The notes: a model not told the origin generated them from the sequence alone. Positions 27,140-40,399 are shown, numbered from the stretch's first letter. The stretch: 64,000 nt of DNA from Eledone cirrhosa (GCA_964016885.1 OZ024743.1:171802001-171866000), one strand, 5' to 3'. A program made the numbers and translations.

Positions 27140-27570
27140 AGACATAACAATAGAAGCTGTGACATTGGTGCCGTCATCTTCGCCCACTTATTCCTGAGAG
27201 GTTCGTGGGTGCAGAGTCCTCAAACAGTCCTTTCAACGGGTCCTGTCAGAAACAACTATCTCCAACTTATCCGGCTGAATACCAAAGCCAGACCAGCCGA
27301 GCTCATGTATGTTATTCAACAATCTTGCCTGGATCTCCTGTCGGTTGGTTTTGCCAGGTCGGCGATTCTTTCCTGAGACATTCTAACTATATGTCCGTAA
27401 TATCTGAGCTATGATCTCTCAATTTGTGGAAGCAGCGGCTCTCCTTAGAGCGGCTCTCCGGGCTACGCATTCTATCGAGTAACGTTACTCTAAAGACACT
27501 TCGGAGAAACCCCATTTCGGCCGCTTGTAGTCGCGATCGTATTCTGTCGGTAATTACCCAAGATTCATTC
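27140..27570 (-). mobile_element. RTE-clade LINE 3' fragment
   Basis: ESWVITDRIRSRLQAAEMGFLRSVFRVTLLDRMRS is typical of the RTE (Expander/Rex3-like) C-terminus. Confidence 0.75.
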
Positions 27571-28299
27571 GGCAAATTTCAACGAACATAGCTCCTGATA
27601 ATAATCGAACCTGTGCCACAGATTCTGTTCGCCAGAGGCTTACCTCATACGCTAAAGCACCATCTCTACAAAGTAATAGATATAAAATTGAAAAGATTGT
27701 CACGAGGACGTCTATTTTGGGAATCCTCTCTCGTCCTCAATTTGAGAAATATGCGGAGGTGTAATGTAAGATCAACTCGATAGTTTAAACTATTCAACTT
27801 TATTTAAGTTCACATATCACGCGAACTTAAATAAAGCAATCTTATGAATATAAATGAATAGAGGAATGCGTGAATAGTTAATGTGCTAATATAATATGTG
27901 AACCAGCCTCGTTAATGAAAGAAAAACGAGTTTAATTAGTGAATAAAGGCAATTAACCTCTATTTGTTTGTTTGTTTTGTCTTTTGTATTTCATTTTTTT
28001 TTTCATTTTTTCTTTTCTGTTTAAACAAATACGTTTTACAGAAAAAGCAAAATAAATTCTATCTAAATATTGAAATTCAAATTGAACATGATAAATTATT
28101 TTTAATTTCATTGACCAGAAAAGTAAAACTGTCTGCATCAGAAGATTATTGGTTATTATTGTTATTAATGGTTATTATTGTTATTTTTACAATTAAGCTA
28201 GTGTAGTGGAAGAATAATTAGAGAACATAAAATGTGTTGCAATGTTTAATTACGTCTGTTTAGTTTAAAAGTTCAAATCACGCCGAGGTCGGTTTCAAT

Positions 28300-28870
28300 A
28301 TTCATACTTAGCGCGTCGATAAAATAAAATGCCAATCAAGTACTGAGTGCGATATAATCGACTGTTCCCTTCTACAAAATTTGCTGGCCTTGTAACTAAA
28401 TTAAAAAACCCATGATTATTATTATTAGAAGGATGATGAGGGCGGTGGATTGGCACAATCGTTAGCACATCGGACAAAATGCTTTGAAACATTTAATTAT
28501 GGCCCTTTACGTTCTGAGTTCAAATCCATTCGGGGTTAGCTTTGTATTTCATCTTTCCAGGGTCAAAATAAAGTACCAGTTAAGTACTAGAGTCGATATA
28601 ATCGACTTTCTCCTTCCCCCAAATCACTGGAGTTGTGCCAACTTTAGTAAGAATTAGAAGGACAGTGAATGAGAGAATCGGTACAGAGGCGGACAAAATG
28701 ACAAGCAATATTAACTATGTATCTTTATGTTCCAAGATCAAATCCAACGGAGGCCGAATTTTCCTTCCAGCTTTCCGAGGTCGATAAAGTAAGCCCCAGA
28801 TAAGTACTGCGGTTAATTTGATAAATTACATCCCTCACTACCAAAATATAACGTCTTGTGTTTATGCTAC
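28300..28870. mobile_element. Older diverged SINE copies (one minus, two plus)
   Basis: GGCGGTGGATTGGCA head, GAGTTCAAATCC, GGTC..AAATAAAGTACCAG body. Confidence 0.7.
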
Positions 28871-29864
28871 AAATTTGCATTACTATATATATTGTTTAAT
28901 TGCACATACAGTTCTGTATTATTATCGGAGGTGGAAATGAGATGAGATGTGAGCTTAATGTGATATATGAAAGCATGATAGCATCACAATGTCTTCTCTT
29001 ACGACACCATATCATATGTAAAGGGGCTGTTTGGGTCTCTTAATATATATCTTTTGACAAAACAACAAAAGGAATATCACATAAAATCAGAGAAGATGTT
29101 ATTATACCAGCTACAATTACATTGTAATTGTTATCAAGAAAGACGCTGAACCTGCGATTAATGTCAGTCCTCAGAGTATTTATGAGACTGCAGAAGATGT
29201 TAAAAAGAGAATAGTTTAGATATAGAATTTCGATAGTTTTCCATCCAGTTAGACAATTCAACGTCCAAATAAGAAATACATTTTTGATGGATTTCTTTAT
29301 TATTCCTATTTTTAAATAGCTTAAGACTGAAACGAATTTCTCTTTTGTGTGAGGGAGAGACTATCTGATAAAAAATCCATTCCTCTTAATGTATAGAGAG
29401 AGAGGTGTAGTGATGATAGTAGCAGTAGCAACAAAATTGTTTTTTGGAGGCAAAGGAAATATTCTGTAAATATGTGTGTATATCTCGATGGTGTTAATTG
29501 ACTGATCAAGAGTTGAGATGGAGAGGCAAGGGGGGAATTGTAAGATAGAGAGAAATTCTATGACAACAGTAGGGTTGTAAAAGGAATTCTATTATTGGAA
29601 TATGGTTTCAGGGAGTGTGTGTATAGTGTGAGGGTATATATATATATATAAATACACAAGTGGGGAGAGGAGGCGTGTCATGTGCCTTTGTGCTTCAGCA
29701 TGACTGTCACAGGTCCCTTTGTGGTGGCAAATTAAAAAAGAAACAGAGCAAAGCATCAGTGGTGGCTTTCAATCAGGATGTTTTGAAAAATATGTGAATG
29801 ACCAATTTTTTCTCTCTTATTTCGTGGTGTGTGGTGTGTGGGGGAATCTAACGGGGATGGTTAC

Positions 29865-30190
29865 ATATTTAATTTTGGTTTAAATTTGTTAATAAATAGT
29901 TTTTCTTTGTTTATTCTTTGTTGCTGAGTGAAAGAATCGGAGCACTTGAACACGGAAGATTTTAAAGTTGGGTAGGGTCATTCCTGCCTAATCTCCAATG
30001 TGGCTCTTTAAGGGGATTTTTCTTGTGTTCACATCTCGGATTTGTTGGAGATGGATGGTCATTCTTTTGCGTAGTGACACACCCGTCTGTCCCATATAGT
30101 TATGTCGACAGCCACCGCATGTGAGTTGCAAATGAAGTTGTTTTTCACTGTGAAAGTTTGGCCATCTTTAAACATGAATTTTTGTGAAGA
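29865..30190 (-). mobile_element. Penelope-like element GIY-YIG endonuclease remnant
   Basis: Minus-strand translation QLTCGGCRHNYMGQTGVSLRKRMTIHLQQIRD...KEKLFINKFKPKLN. Confidence 0.75.
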
Positions 30191-30304
30191 AACACACCTA
30201 CCACCCCTGTTGCTGCTACTATCATCACTACACCTCTCTGTCTATACACAAGAGCTCCTTCTCAGCAAGGAAGATGAAAGAAAAAAAACTTACATCTTAA
30301 TTTT

Positions 30305-30765
30305 AAATCTTTAATTTTTATTTTTTAATTCTGTTTCATTCTTTTTAATTGTAATACTCAACATTTGATAAGATGAATTTTAATAATACATCGAAACCGA
30401 TAATACTTTATATACTTTATATACTTTATATACATTATAGAACTCTTTTTTTAAAGAATTGTCCCTCTCATTTTATCAATAGTGTCACTTTGACGAATTA
30501 AAGAAAGGGAAAAAAAGAAAAACAGACCCTAAAATATATTTTCTGTGCTATTTCTAATTTCACCTTTTCTCTATAACCACTGTTTTGTATAGAACCTTAC
30601 TTCTCTTTTCTAATATATATATATATGGTGGGGGGTATACTTTTGATGTTATCTTGATTACAGTAAGAGTGGCTTGTATGTTTGTCAGAGGAAAGTTATA
30701 AAGAATAAGTGAACACATACGTAGAAACTCAGCTTAATCTATCTGTATTAGAATCATGACTATAC

Positions 30766-30839
<74 letters not shown>

Positions 30840-31160
30840 TAGAAAAGGGAAGTAAGGTTCTATACAAAACAGTGGACATAGAGAAAAGGTGAAGCTGGAA
30901 GTAGCACGGAAAATATATTTAAGGGTCTGGGGTTTTTTTTATCCTTTCTTTGATTCGTCAAAATGACATTATTGAAAAGATGATATTTTTGAAAAAAGGA
31001 GAGAGACAATTCTTTAAAAAAAAAGTTTTATAATGTATGTAAAGTATATAAAGTATTACCAGTTTTGATGTATTATTAAAATTGATCTTATCAAATTTTG
31101 AGTATTGAAATAAAAAATTAAAAAGAATTAATAGGAGTTAAAAACTAAAAATTAAAAGTT
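30305..31160. repeat. Diverged ~300-bp inverted repeat (30305-30615 / 30838-31160)
   Basis: CACTGTTTTGTATAGAACCTTACTTC vs GAAGTAAGGTTCTATACAAAACAGTG and further matches. Adjacent to the PLE endonuclease remnant. Confidence 0.85.
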
Positions 31161-32369
31161 TTTTCCCCATCCAACTTGCTCAAAATTTGGCTGGAAAATG
31201 ACTTCTTGGTGGTAGTGAAGATAGGGCTATCTTCACTACCACCTCTTTAATTGTTAGTTTTCACCTCACTAAGCGTTGTCTGACAATCTGGACACTAAAG
31301 AACTTAATATCTCGGAGACCATCCTTGAATGTGCCAAGCCATTGTGCCCACCTGCTCGACGCAAGACGCAGCCCTCAATCGGAACAACAACAGAAGCAAG
31401 AGTAATAACAACAACAATATCTCCAAAATAATAACAATAACAACGCCAACAACAATAGCAAAAGCAATGGCAACAACTCAAAATTATCTCCTCAACAATA
31501 ACAACTAACGACAATGACCACAACTATAGCAGTCGTAGTCGTAGTAGCAGCAGTCGCAATAACAACAACAACAACAGTAATAACGAAGCAGCAACTTTAT
31601 GGAAAACAATAGAAAGCATCAGAAAATATAAATGAGCCAAACAGATTGGCTTATAGAGAATATCTCATATGCTGTCTTCTTTTTCTTCCTCTTTTATATT
31701 TTTGTTTCTTTTTTCCTCATTTGTTTTCGTTTATTTCCACTTTAAGTTTCGAATTTTCTTTTATTTTCTTTCTGCAGGGCAGTCAGAAAATTATCAATCT
31801 TAAAAGGGATGCTTTCCATTCTAATTACAATAATGAAACATGAATAATTCAATTATTCTTTAATTTAAAACAAAAATTTAATTGTATTTAATGGAGATAG
31901 TAATAACTTGCAGTAAATAGATAGAGCAGTAAATTCGCCATTTTCTTTCTAGTCTGCTTTGTAATTGCTTACTATTTACTAATGAATTATTATCGATAAG
32001 GTATGTTCTGTTAATTATTCTCATTATCGTTTTTATTCTTGTTATTGTTGTTGTTGTTAGTGTTATTGGCTTTTTGGTTATCTAATTATTGTCTCTGTTG
32101 ATGATTGCTGACGAGGATGACAATGACAACAATGATGATAATAGTAATGATAATGGTGATAAACATCATTATCATGAGTATGAATATCATTATGATAATA
32201 ACGACGGTTTCTGTGGCTCGTTTCTGTGGCATTCATTAATTACATCGAATGATTTGACAAAATGTCAATGCATAGAAACATTAAAAATACAAAGTCGAGG
32301 TGTTGCTAGAATGAAGCCTAATTTTCATGCATTTCAATTTGTTGTACACAATTAAATGGCAGGATCGTC

Positions 32370-32910
32370 CAGTGCCCGTGCATTGCTGACTTATGTAGTT
32401 ATGTCGAAAGTTGTTATAGCGTGTGGGATGGATCCGGTTATCAATCGAGTCCATAGTGAAGATCGCCCCGCCGCCTTCCTTTGGCCGAGAAGAGGAGGCA
32501 GTTTTCCTCTGTCTGATAGCTGTAGCGAATGAGGTTGTGTGGTGGACGCGACTGACAGGTCTGAAGATATACACTTTCCTCTTTAATCAAACCTTCGTAA
32601 TTGTTTTCAAGTTCCACTTGGAAAGGAAGACGAGGGTGGAGAGAGAAGTGCTACTCCACAAAACAATTTTTAAAAGGTGGGTGATTGTTACGAGGATGAG
32701 TGTGGGTGGGGATATGTGGGGTTCCTAACGTCACCGCTGGGTGGTATTCCCCCATATTGGATAATTCTTTTGTTGATATTTTTTGTTAATTTTTTTTTAT
32801 ATTTTTTCCCGATTTTATGTAAACCCCCACTGTCCCTGTTTTTGTATTGTCCTCTATTTTCGGTCCTTGTGGTCAATAATAAAGAAATTATTATTATTAT
32901 TATTATTATT
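32370..32910 (+). mobile_element. Tx1-type LINE 3' fragment with (TTA)n tail
   Basis: IRLSIESIVKIAPPPSF..EVVWWTRLTGLK..VEREVL; ends CCTTGTGGTCAATAATAAAGAA(ATT)n. Confidence 0.88.
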
Positions 32911-32957
32911 AAAACACAGACTGATTTTGCAATAAAGCAAGACATGTTTATTAAATG

Positions 32958-33714
32958 CTAGCAGCAGTACCCAGCGTTACCTGGGTAGGTAAAATAATAT
33001 CTGCTTTGATGAAAAGGTGTTGACCTCATCGACTGCTTCTCGATGACTCATCTATGGCCACACACAGGCCATGCTGGGGTGGGTGGTGATGACCTCTATC
33101 ACTGAGAAATCCGGGTGACTGACGAAGGGGTATGCTGGGGGAGGGAGTTTCGAATTTGAACGAAATCGGTTGAAAAATGTGGGAGCTAGAGCCGAAAAGG
33201 CAGAAATTTGAGCGAAGATGAGGTATTTCCGAATATTTAAGCGGCTGCCACGCCGTTCCTGAACAAAAAATCCAAAATGTAAATCCACTTTAAGACGTGA
33301 AATAATCAGATCTAGTAGGAAGATGTGGGAGCTAGAGCCGAAAAAGTGGAAATTTGAGTCTAAAATTGGTATTTTTGAATATTTAAGCGGCTGCCACGCA
33401 GTCCCTGAACAACAAATGCAAAATATAAAGCCATTACAGGATGTGCAATGATAAATCCTATTCTGCCTTAAAATGTTAACGAAATCGGTGGCAAAATGTG
33501 GGAGCTAGAGCCAAAAATCTTATTTTTCGATTCCTAGAAAAAGGTGATTACCCCGGAATAAAAGAAAACACTATACGCTGATATATAGAAAACACTCCCC
33601 GATGACTAATCTATGAGCCTGTAAAGTTTCATGAAAATCGGTCGTAAGATGGAGGCCCCTATAGGTAATACACAGACACACAGACACACATACTTAACTT
33701 TATATATATACAGA
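32958..33714 (-). mobile_element. Non-autonomous Helitron with both ends
   Basis: 5' A|TCTGTATATATATAAAG at 33714. 3' hairpin ACCCAGGTAACGCTGGGT followed by ACTGCTGCTAG ending at 32958. Confidence 0.8.
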
Positions 33715-33902
33715 TATCGACATAACCTTGGTCACGCTTGTGATCTAGTGCGGAAGTAAAGGAGGAGGAAGAAAGTAAGAAGAGAAGACATAACAAATCA
33801 ATCTTTCATTAGTATTATTACTATTATCAGGGCGGTGGATTGGCAGTATCAGTAGAGTCGGACACCATGCTTTGCAGCATAGAGTTACGATCCTTTACTA
33901 CC

Positions 33903-33943
<41 letters not shown>

Positions 33944-34285
33944 AGGGCGGTGGATTGGCATTATCGGTAGAGGGTCGGACGCCATGCTTTGACGCATAGA
34001 GTTCCGGCCCTTGCCATTCTGACTTCAAATCCTGCCGAGGTTAACTTTGCCTTTCATCCTTACGGGCTCGATCAAATAAAGTACCAGTAATACACTGGAT
34101 AACTACTGGCTTTGTGCCAAAAGTAGAAACAATTATTATTATTATTAGGGCGGTGGATTGGCAGTATAGGTAGAGGGTCGGACGTGAAGCTTTGACGCAT
34201 AGAGTTACGGCCCTTTCCAGTTCAAATCCCGCAGAGGTTAACTTGGCCTTTCATCCTTACGGGGTCGATAAAATAAAGTACCAGT
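33204..34285. repeat. Right arm of ~1.08-kb inverted duplication
   Basis: Reverse complement of 20648-21731. Confidence 0.95.
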
Positions 34286-34359
34286 CACGCACTGGGGTCG
34301 ATTTAATCGACTTTCCCCTCCGCAAAAATTGCTGGCCTTGTGCCTATATAAGAAACAAT

Positions 34360-37300
34360 TATTATTGTTATTATTATTGTTATTCTTTGAGTCTCAGTCA
34401 TTGATGTTGTTTAACTGAAAAGTTTGTTGAAATGAATATCAAGCCACTACCTGCAGCCTCAGATATTCAGGACGTATCGGAGGTTTCTTGCTGTTCCCAG
34501 CAAGCCTTTTGAAGTGTTCCAAAAAGCGGGGCTGGACTAATCTTCTTTAACCATCATTGGAAACTCTTTCAGATAGTACCTAGTGCGCCTATGACAATCG
34601 GGACGACCTTGACTTCATGGCAGTTCCAAATCCTTTTTACCTCCCACTTTAAGTTCTGGTATCGGTTAATTTTCTCTCTCTCCATTTCTTGCACTCTCGA
34701 TTCAAATGGGGAGGCTACATATACAATCAAGCATGATCTTTTTTCCTTGTCCAAAACCACCAGGTCAGGCCTATTGTGTTCTAATTTCTTCTCCGTCTGT
34801 ATTCTTCACCTGATCGTTTTCTATCACCGACTCTGGCTTATGCTCATACCACTTCTCAGAATGTGGTAAATTGTATACTTTACATAAGTGCCAGTGGATC
34901 ACCTTGCCTATCACATCATGTCTCCAGCCTTTATAGTGAGTCTGGGCTAGGTGTTTACACTCGGATACAATGTGAGCCACAGACTCCTCTCTCTCTCCAC
35001 AGATCCTACACAGTGGGCTAGGCTCCTCCTTGTAAATATGGTGTTTCAGCCACTTCCTTCTGAGGGCCTGCTCCTGCGCAGCCATTAGCATTCCTTCTGT
35101 AGCCTGTTTAATATCTCCTCTTTTTAACCAGGTCCATGTCTGTGGATCTCTAAATTCAGTTTTCTTAAAGAAGGTACTATGAAGGGATTTTTGATGAAGG
35201 TTGCTCTTCCTCCTTGTTGTTATTTCGTCCTTGGACATCCCTGGTCTATTGTCTTCTCCTTCAGCACAATTTTGAGCATTGGCTCCCTACTGTCAGTCAC
35301 GTATTTATGCAGGTTGTTTTTCTCCATCTGAACACAGTCCTCTCTGCTGATAAGACCGCTTCCACCTTCAGATCTCTTTAAGTAGAGTCTATCGACATCA
35401 CTCCTCTTGAGGAACATGTTGTAGATAGTCAATAGCTTCCTAGTCTTCCTATCCACTTCGTTTTGTTAAGCAGCATTCCATCTCAGAATTCCCGCACTGT
35501 ACCTAATAATAGACACAGCTCGGGGATTTACTGCACTTATGGCATTCCTACTGTTCTGATGTGACTTCAGTACGCTCCTTACTCTCCGAATGTATTCAGA
35601 TCTTATCAATTCCTTCATTTTTTTTGTTCTTGATGTCATCAGCCTCCAGAACGCCCAAATACTTGTATCCTTCTTCAGTGTCAATTTCCTTTATCATCTC
35701 ACCTGTTGGTACCTGGATTCCGTCGTTTCTGCTCAATTTACCCCTCTTCATCTCTAGGAATCCACACGTATTAATACCAAATTCCATACATATATCATTG
35801 CTGAAAATACCGACAGTGTCAACAAGTACATCCAACTCCTTCACACTCTTCCCAAAGAGTTTAAGATCGTGCATGAAGAGGAGGTGGTTGATGGTAAGCT
35901 CTTCATTTCCGAACTTGTATCTTGCTGACCTTTTGCAATATAATGGTCAGGGGTATCAGAGCTAGGACAAACAGCAGAGGGGACAAACTATCTCAGTGGA
36001 AGATACCTCTCTTGCTCTTCACGCCTCCCAAGGATTCTCCAGCTGATGTTAACTCTGTTTCCCAGGACTTCATACTTTTGCTCAACAACTGTCTGATGTT
36101 ATCTGCCACCTTGAAGATATCTAGGCTTTTGGTTATCCAAGAATGAGGTGCCATGTCGTGTCGAATGCCTTTTTGTAATCTATCCATCCCAGGTCAAGAC
36201 CAGTGTGTTTCCTCTTGCAATTCCTCATTACCCCTTTATCAATAAGTAACTGGTCTTTTGTACCACGGGACTTCTTTCGGCATCCTTTATGTTCGTCCGG
36301 TAACAAGTTGTTTGTGTGGAGATGATGGTAGATTTCCTCAGACACAATGCTTGTTAACAGTTTCCACATTACGGACAGACATGTGATAGGTCTATAGTTG
36401 GTAACATCATTACCCTTGATTCGGTCTTTCATTACCAGAACTGTGGTACCTTTTGTCAACCACTCTTGTACCTCACCCGACATCAAGCAGTCATTGAACA
36501 TGGTTGTCAGTTTCGGGTGGAGGGATGTTATATTTTTAATCCAATACCCCTGCACACCATCTGGGCCTGGTGATTTCCAGTTGGTTAGTCTTTTGGCCTG
36601 CCCTTTAAGAGTTTCAAATGTGATAGTCAAATCAGTTTGTTGGTGTGCTTGTTCACTAATCTCCTTTTGTACTGACTCAATCCACACTACCTGACTATTA
36701 CGTTCAACAACCTGCTCCCATATTCCTCTCAAGAATGTCTTAGTCAGTTCCGCCTCAGGGATCAAGTCGTTGCCTCTTTCTTTCCCTTCAAGCTGCCCAA
36801 ACAACATCTTATGGTTGTTGTCTATACTGACTGACGCTGCTCTCATACCGCCTAATGTTTGTGCTCTTTGCTACAATGCGTTGCTTCAGTTCCTCTATGA
36901 TAATATTAAGCCTTTTCCCCCTAGTTTTGTACTCTATTTCCAATCTATTTTTAGTGTCTATGTTTTGTAATGTCCCATTCAGTAGGCACTCAAGCTTTCA
37001 AATTTCTTTTCTCATTTCCTTGATTTGACCATTCAGTCGTTTCTTCCACCAAGGTTCTGATCTTTCTTCTTTGTTGTTTCCTCTCGTTTTTATGCCAAGT
37101 AATTTCCTCAACGCATTTGCGGTTGCTTTGAGGATATTGTTGCATTGGTGAAGGTTACTCGCCTCAAGGTATGGGATGACTTTGTTTACATTAGCTGTTG
37201 TTTCTTTTAACTGTTCCTGTCTACAAATCTCAGGTTCATAGGTTTTCCACTATCATTGTTCATTTCATTTACCACTAAGTTCGGGATATCAACCAAATCT

Positions 37301-38075
37301 TGTACTAGCCCATCAGCATTCATTTCCTCAATGGCCATATGTTTGTTCCAGGTATTATTTATTTCAGCATTCAGATCAGTGTCTGCTTCGGATGCTTTCT
37401 CAGGTCTCTGAACCTCTTCATCTTCATTTCCCACTGGCTCGTTTGCCTGGCATACTCCACTCTCCATCTCGAACTTAATCTCTCTGCTCAGTTCCTCCAG
37501 TTCCATCTCGCTTATCCATCCATTAGTTCATATGACCCGAGCCTGCCCGGCCAATTTTTGTTCATCTAATCTAAATAGACCAATCTCGTTCCAGATGTTA
37601 TGCATCCGTTTCCTATAGCCTTTTTTCCTTGGGGTTACTCTTCAGGTAACATTCCATGACAGTTCTATTCAATTCTTTCGTCCATTTGTTTCTTGTCCCT
37701 TTCATTCTTCTTCTTCCTCCAACACCAGCAGTATTTGGATGACAGCCAGGTCCCTGCTGCTGGTCCAGGGAGCACCTGCCGGGTGAGAGTCTGTCACATG
37801 ACGTTCCAGTCTCCTCTTCACCGTTATCCGAACTATTTAGATTCGACATTTAAACACTCATATCGAGGATTGGTGAATGTATGGTTACATAACCACCGGT
37901 GATTTCATCACCCCAAGTGATTTGATCACCACCAATGATTTTAGCGTGGCACCATCACGCTGTAGACGAACATAAATAAATAAACAAATAGAAAACACTT
38001 TAAAAAATAAACATAAGTTTCATTGTAATGTTTGAATGTCTGACTTAGTTCTTTTTTTTTTTCTTTTTGTTTTTC
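34360..38075 (-). mobile_element. R4/Dong-type LINE copy 3 (degenerate, 5'UTR truncated)
   Basis: ORF pieces from 37849 (MSNLNSSDNGE) down to ~34460 match copies 1 and 2. Its microsatellite tail is shared with a tail-to-tail SINE. Confidence 0.92.
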
Positions 38076-38259
38076 AAGGCCAGTAACATCGGTTACTAGT
38101 GTTGTTGCTGCTGCTGCTGCTATTTTTGATTTTAGCTACGAGGGAAGTAGGGGTTGTTGCGTTCAAAACTTTTGAAATTTGTTTTTCTTTCGTTGTTGCA
38201 TTTGTTTTTGTCTGTGTTCTGTTCTGTAATTGTTTGACTTGTTGCTTATCATTATTTGA

Positions 38260-38490
38260 TCTGAGTTCAAATCCCGCCGAGGTTGACTTTGCCTTTCATC
38301 CTTACGGGGTCGATAAAATAAAGTACCAGTAATGCACTGGGTAATTTGCTGGCCTTGTGCCTAAAGTAGAAACAATTATTATTATTGGTTAACTTTGCCT
38401 TTCATCCTTACGGGGTCGATAAAATAAAGTACCAATAATGTACTGGGTAATTGCTGGCCTTGTGCCAAAAGTAGAAACAATTATTATTAT
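38260..38490 (+). mobile_element. Two 5'-truncated SINE copies
   Basis: GCCTTTCATCCTTACGGGGTCGATAAAATAAAGTACC body with tails. Confidence 0.85.
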
Positions 38491-38544
38491 TATATTATAG
38501 TTTAGATTTGACATCGTTTAAACTAAATATTTTGAGAGAGTTTA

Positions 38545-40152
38545 GAGATACAACGACAATAATTGTCCGCATATGCGTGATGGTTCGGACACCTCGGAAA
38601 TCGAAGAGGTCGATACCTTATTGGAGGAATATGAAAGGTTGACGGAAGCGAAACTTAACCCGGAAAAGTCGGGAGAGGCAAGTCCATGCCGTCCAACAGC
38701 GTTGTTGGGCGTTGGACGGACGGGTCGGTAAAGCTGCTCGGGATTTGGTTCGGGTTAGACCTCCAGGTGGATAATAATTGGGACGAAGTGACGGGCAGGG
38801 TAGCCAGTCTGACCCAGAAATGGGCTGCGAGGAAGCTATCACCGAACGGTCGGACGGAGGTATCGAGTGCGTACATCGCGTCCGTCATCTACTACTGCCT
38901 GACCCTCGTCTCTTGCCCGCGTTCGCGCCTCCGTCCACCATAGAACCTCTTTCGCTACTGCTACTAGACAGAGGGAAATTGCCAGCAATTCCTGGCCAAA
39001 AGAAGGCGGTGGGTCGATCTTTCCTATGGACTCGGCCGATAGCCGTATCCGTTCTACACGCGACACCAGCTGTTCGACATAACTCCACAAGTCACAAATG
39101 CACGGACACTGGACGAGTGCGTGCAGAACGGTTTCGTCGATCTGCGCGCATTTCGGGCAGGGTCGTCTAACAGCACTTCCGTGCCTGTAGAGTTTATCTC
39201 AAACCGGCAGTGCCCCCCCCCCCCTTGGTAGCACTGCCAAGCGAGAGATTTTTGGAAGTGATCCATCTTCCCCGGCTCGAAAGTCCTCCGAAACACTCTG
39301 GTTAGTTCGACTTCGTCGACGCCCAGACCCTCTCCGAGTGCGTCGTAGCATTTGCCCACCACTAATTCTCTATAGAACTCGAGATTCGAGAGTGGAAGTT
39401 CCACTGACCGCATTTCCCGCCAGGTAGTGGGCAGTGTGTGCCTGGCAACAGAGTCTCGGTCTCTTCTTGACCCAAGACTGCAGCTCAGTCAAAGAGACGA
39501 GCTGCGGAAAGGCCTGTCTGACAAACGGCGACCACACCTGTTCACCGTTTCGGCAGAATGTTGCAGAGATGTTGGAGCCTCAGCGCATGTTTGCGCATCA
39601 TTAGCCTCGGCATGCCAGCCCTCCACATAGAGTGTGCTGGCAGCAGATGGACCGCCTCACCAACGCAACCTGTCCTCTCCACAAGAATTTGAAGAGGAGC
39701 CGTTGAAAAGATTGAAGAAAGACAATTTTCTCTTCGGCCAATCCCTCAGCAACTTTTTCAATGTTCACTTGGAAAGGAATGTGAGGGTGGAGAGAGAAGT
39801 GCTGGCTCCCAGTAAATTTGCTGAAAGGTGGGTGAATGTGGCGAGAATGGCCCGTGTGAGTGGGCCTACTCTGATCATGCGCCTGTTGGTGGAGGGGGTT
39901 GCCCTTCCGGGGTGCTCTTGGAGCTTCGGGTGGTTCAGGATTGGTGGGGTGCCTGAGTCAGGATTGGTGGGCTGCCCTGGGTGGTTGTCCCCCTATTGGG
40001 GAATTTTTCGTTGTTGTATTTTTCTTGTTATTTTATTATTGTTATTCATATTTTTACACGCTATATATGTAAACCCCCACTGCCCTGTCTAGTGTATCGT
40101 TCCCTATATGTCGGCCCTTGTGGCCAAAAAATGAAACCATTATTATTATTAT
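38545..40152 (+). mobile_element. 5'-truncated Tx1-type LINE with an internal inversion (~38929-39704)
   Basis: Plus: KLLGIWFG..YYCLTLVSCPRSRL. Minus: RLLFKFLWRGQVALVRRS..KEVLWWT. Plus: KRLKKDNFLFGQ..3'UTR and (TTA)n. Confidence 0.88.
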
Positions 40153-40154
40153 TG

Positions 40155-40375
40155 GATTGGCAGTATCGGTAGAGAGTCTGACACCATGCTTTGCAGCATA
40201 GAGTTACGGTCCTTTAAGGTCTGAATTCAAATCCCGCCCAGGTTCAATTTGCCTTTCATCCTTATGGGGTCGATAAAATAAAGCACCAGTAACGTACTGG
40301 TTCGATTTAATCGACTTTCTCCTTCCCCTAAAATTGCTGCCTATATAAGAAACCATTATTATTATTATTATTGTT
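40155..40375 (+). mobile_element. tRNA-SINE directly after the Tx1 tail
   Basis: GGATTGGCAGTATCGGTAGAG head through AGAAACCATTATT tail. Confidence 0.82.
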
Positions 40376-40399
40376 GTTGTTGTAGTTGTTGTTGTTATT

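Noticed and set aside
29205-29260. Minus-strand CTGGATGG..GAAA..TC hammerhead-like remnant (similar weak cases at ~745-780 and ~54985-55050)
   Set aside because: Core boxes and stems are too degenerate to support.
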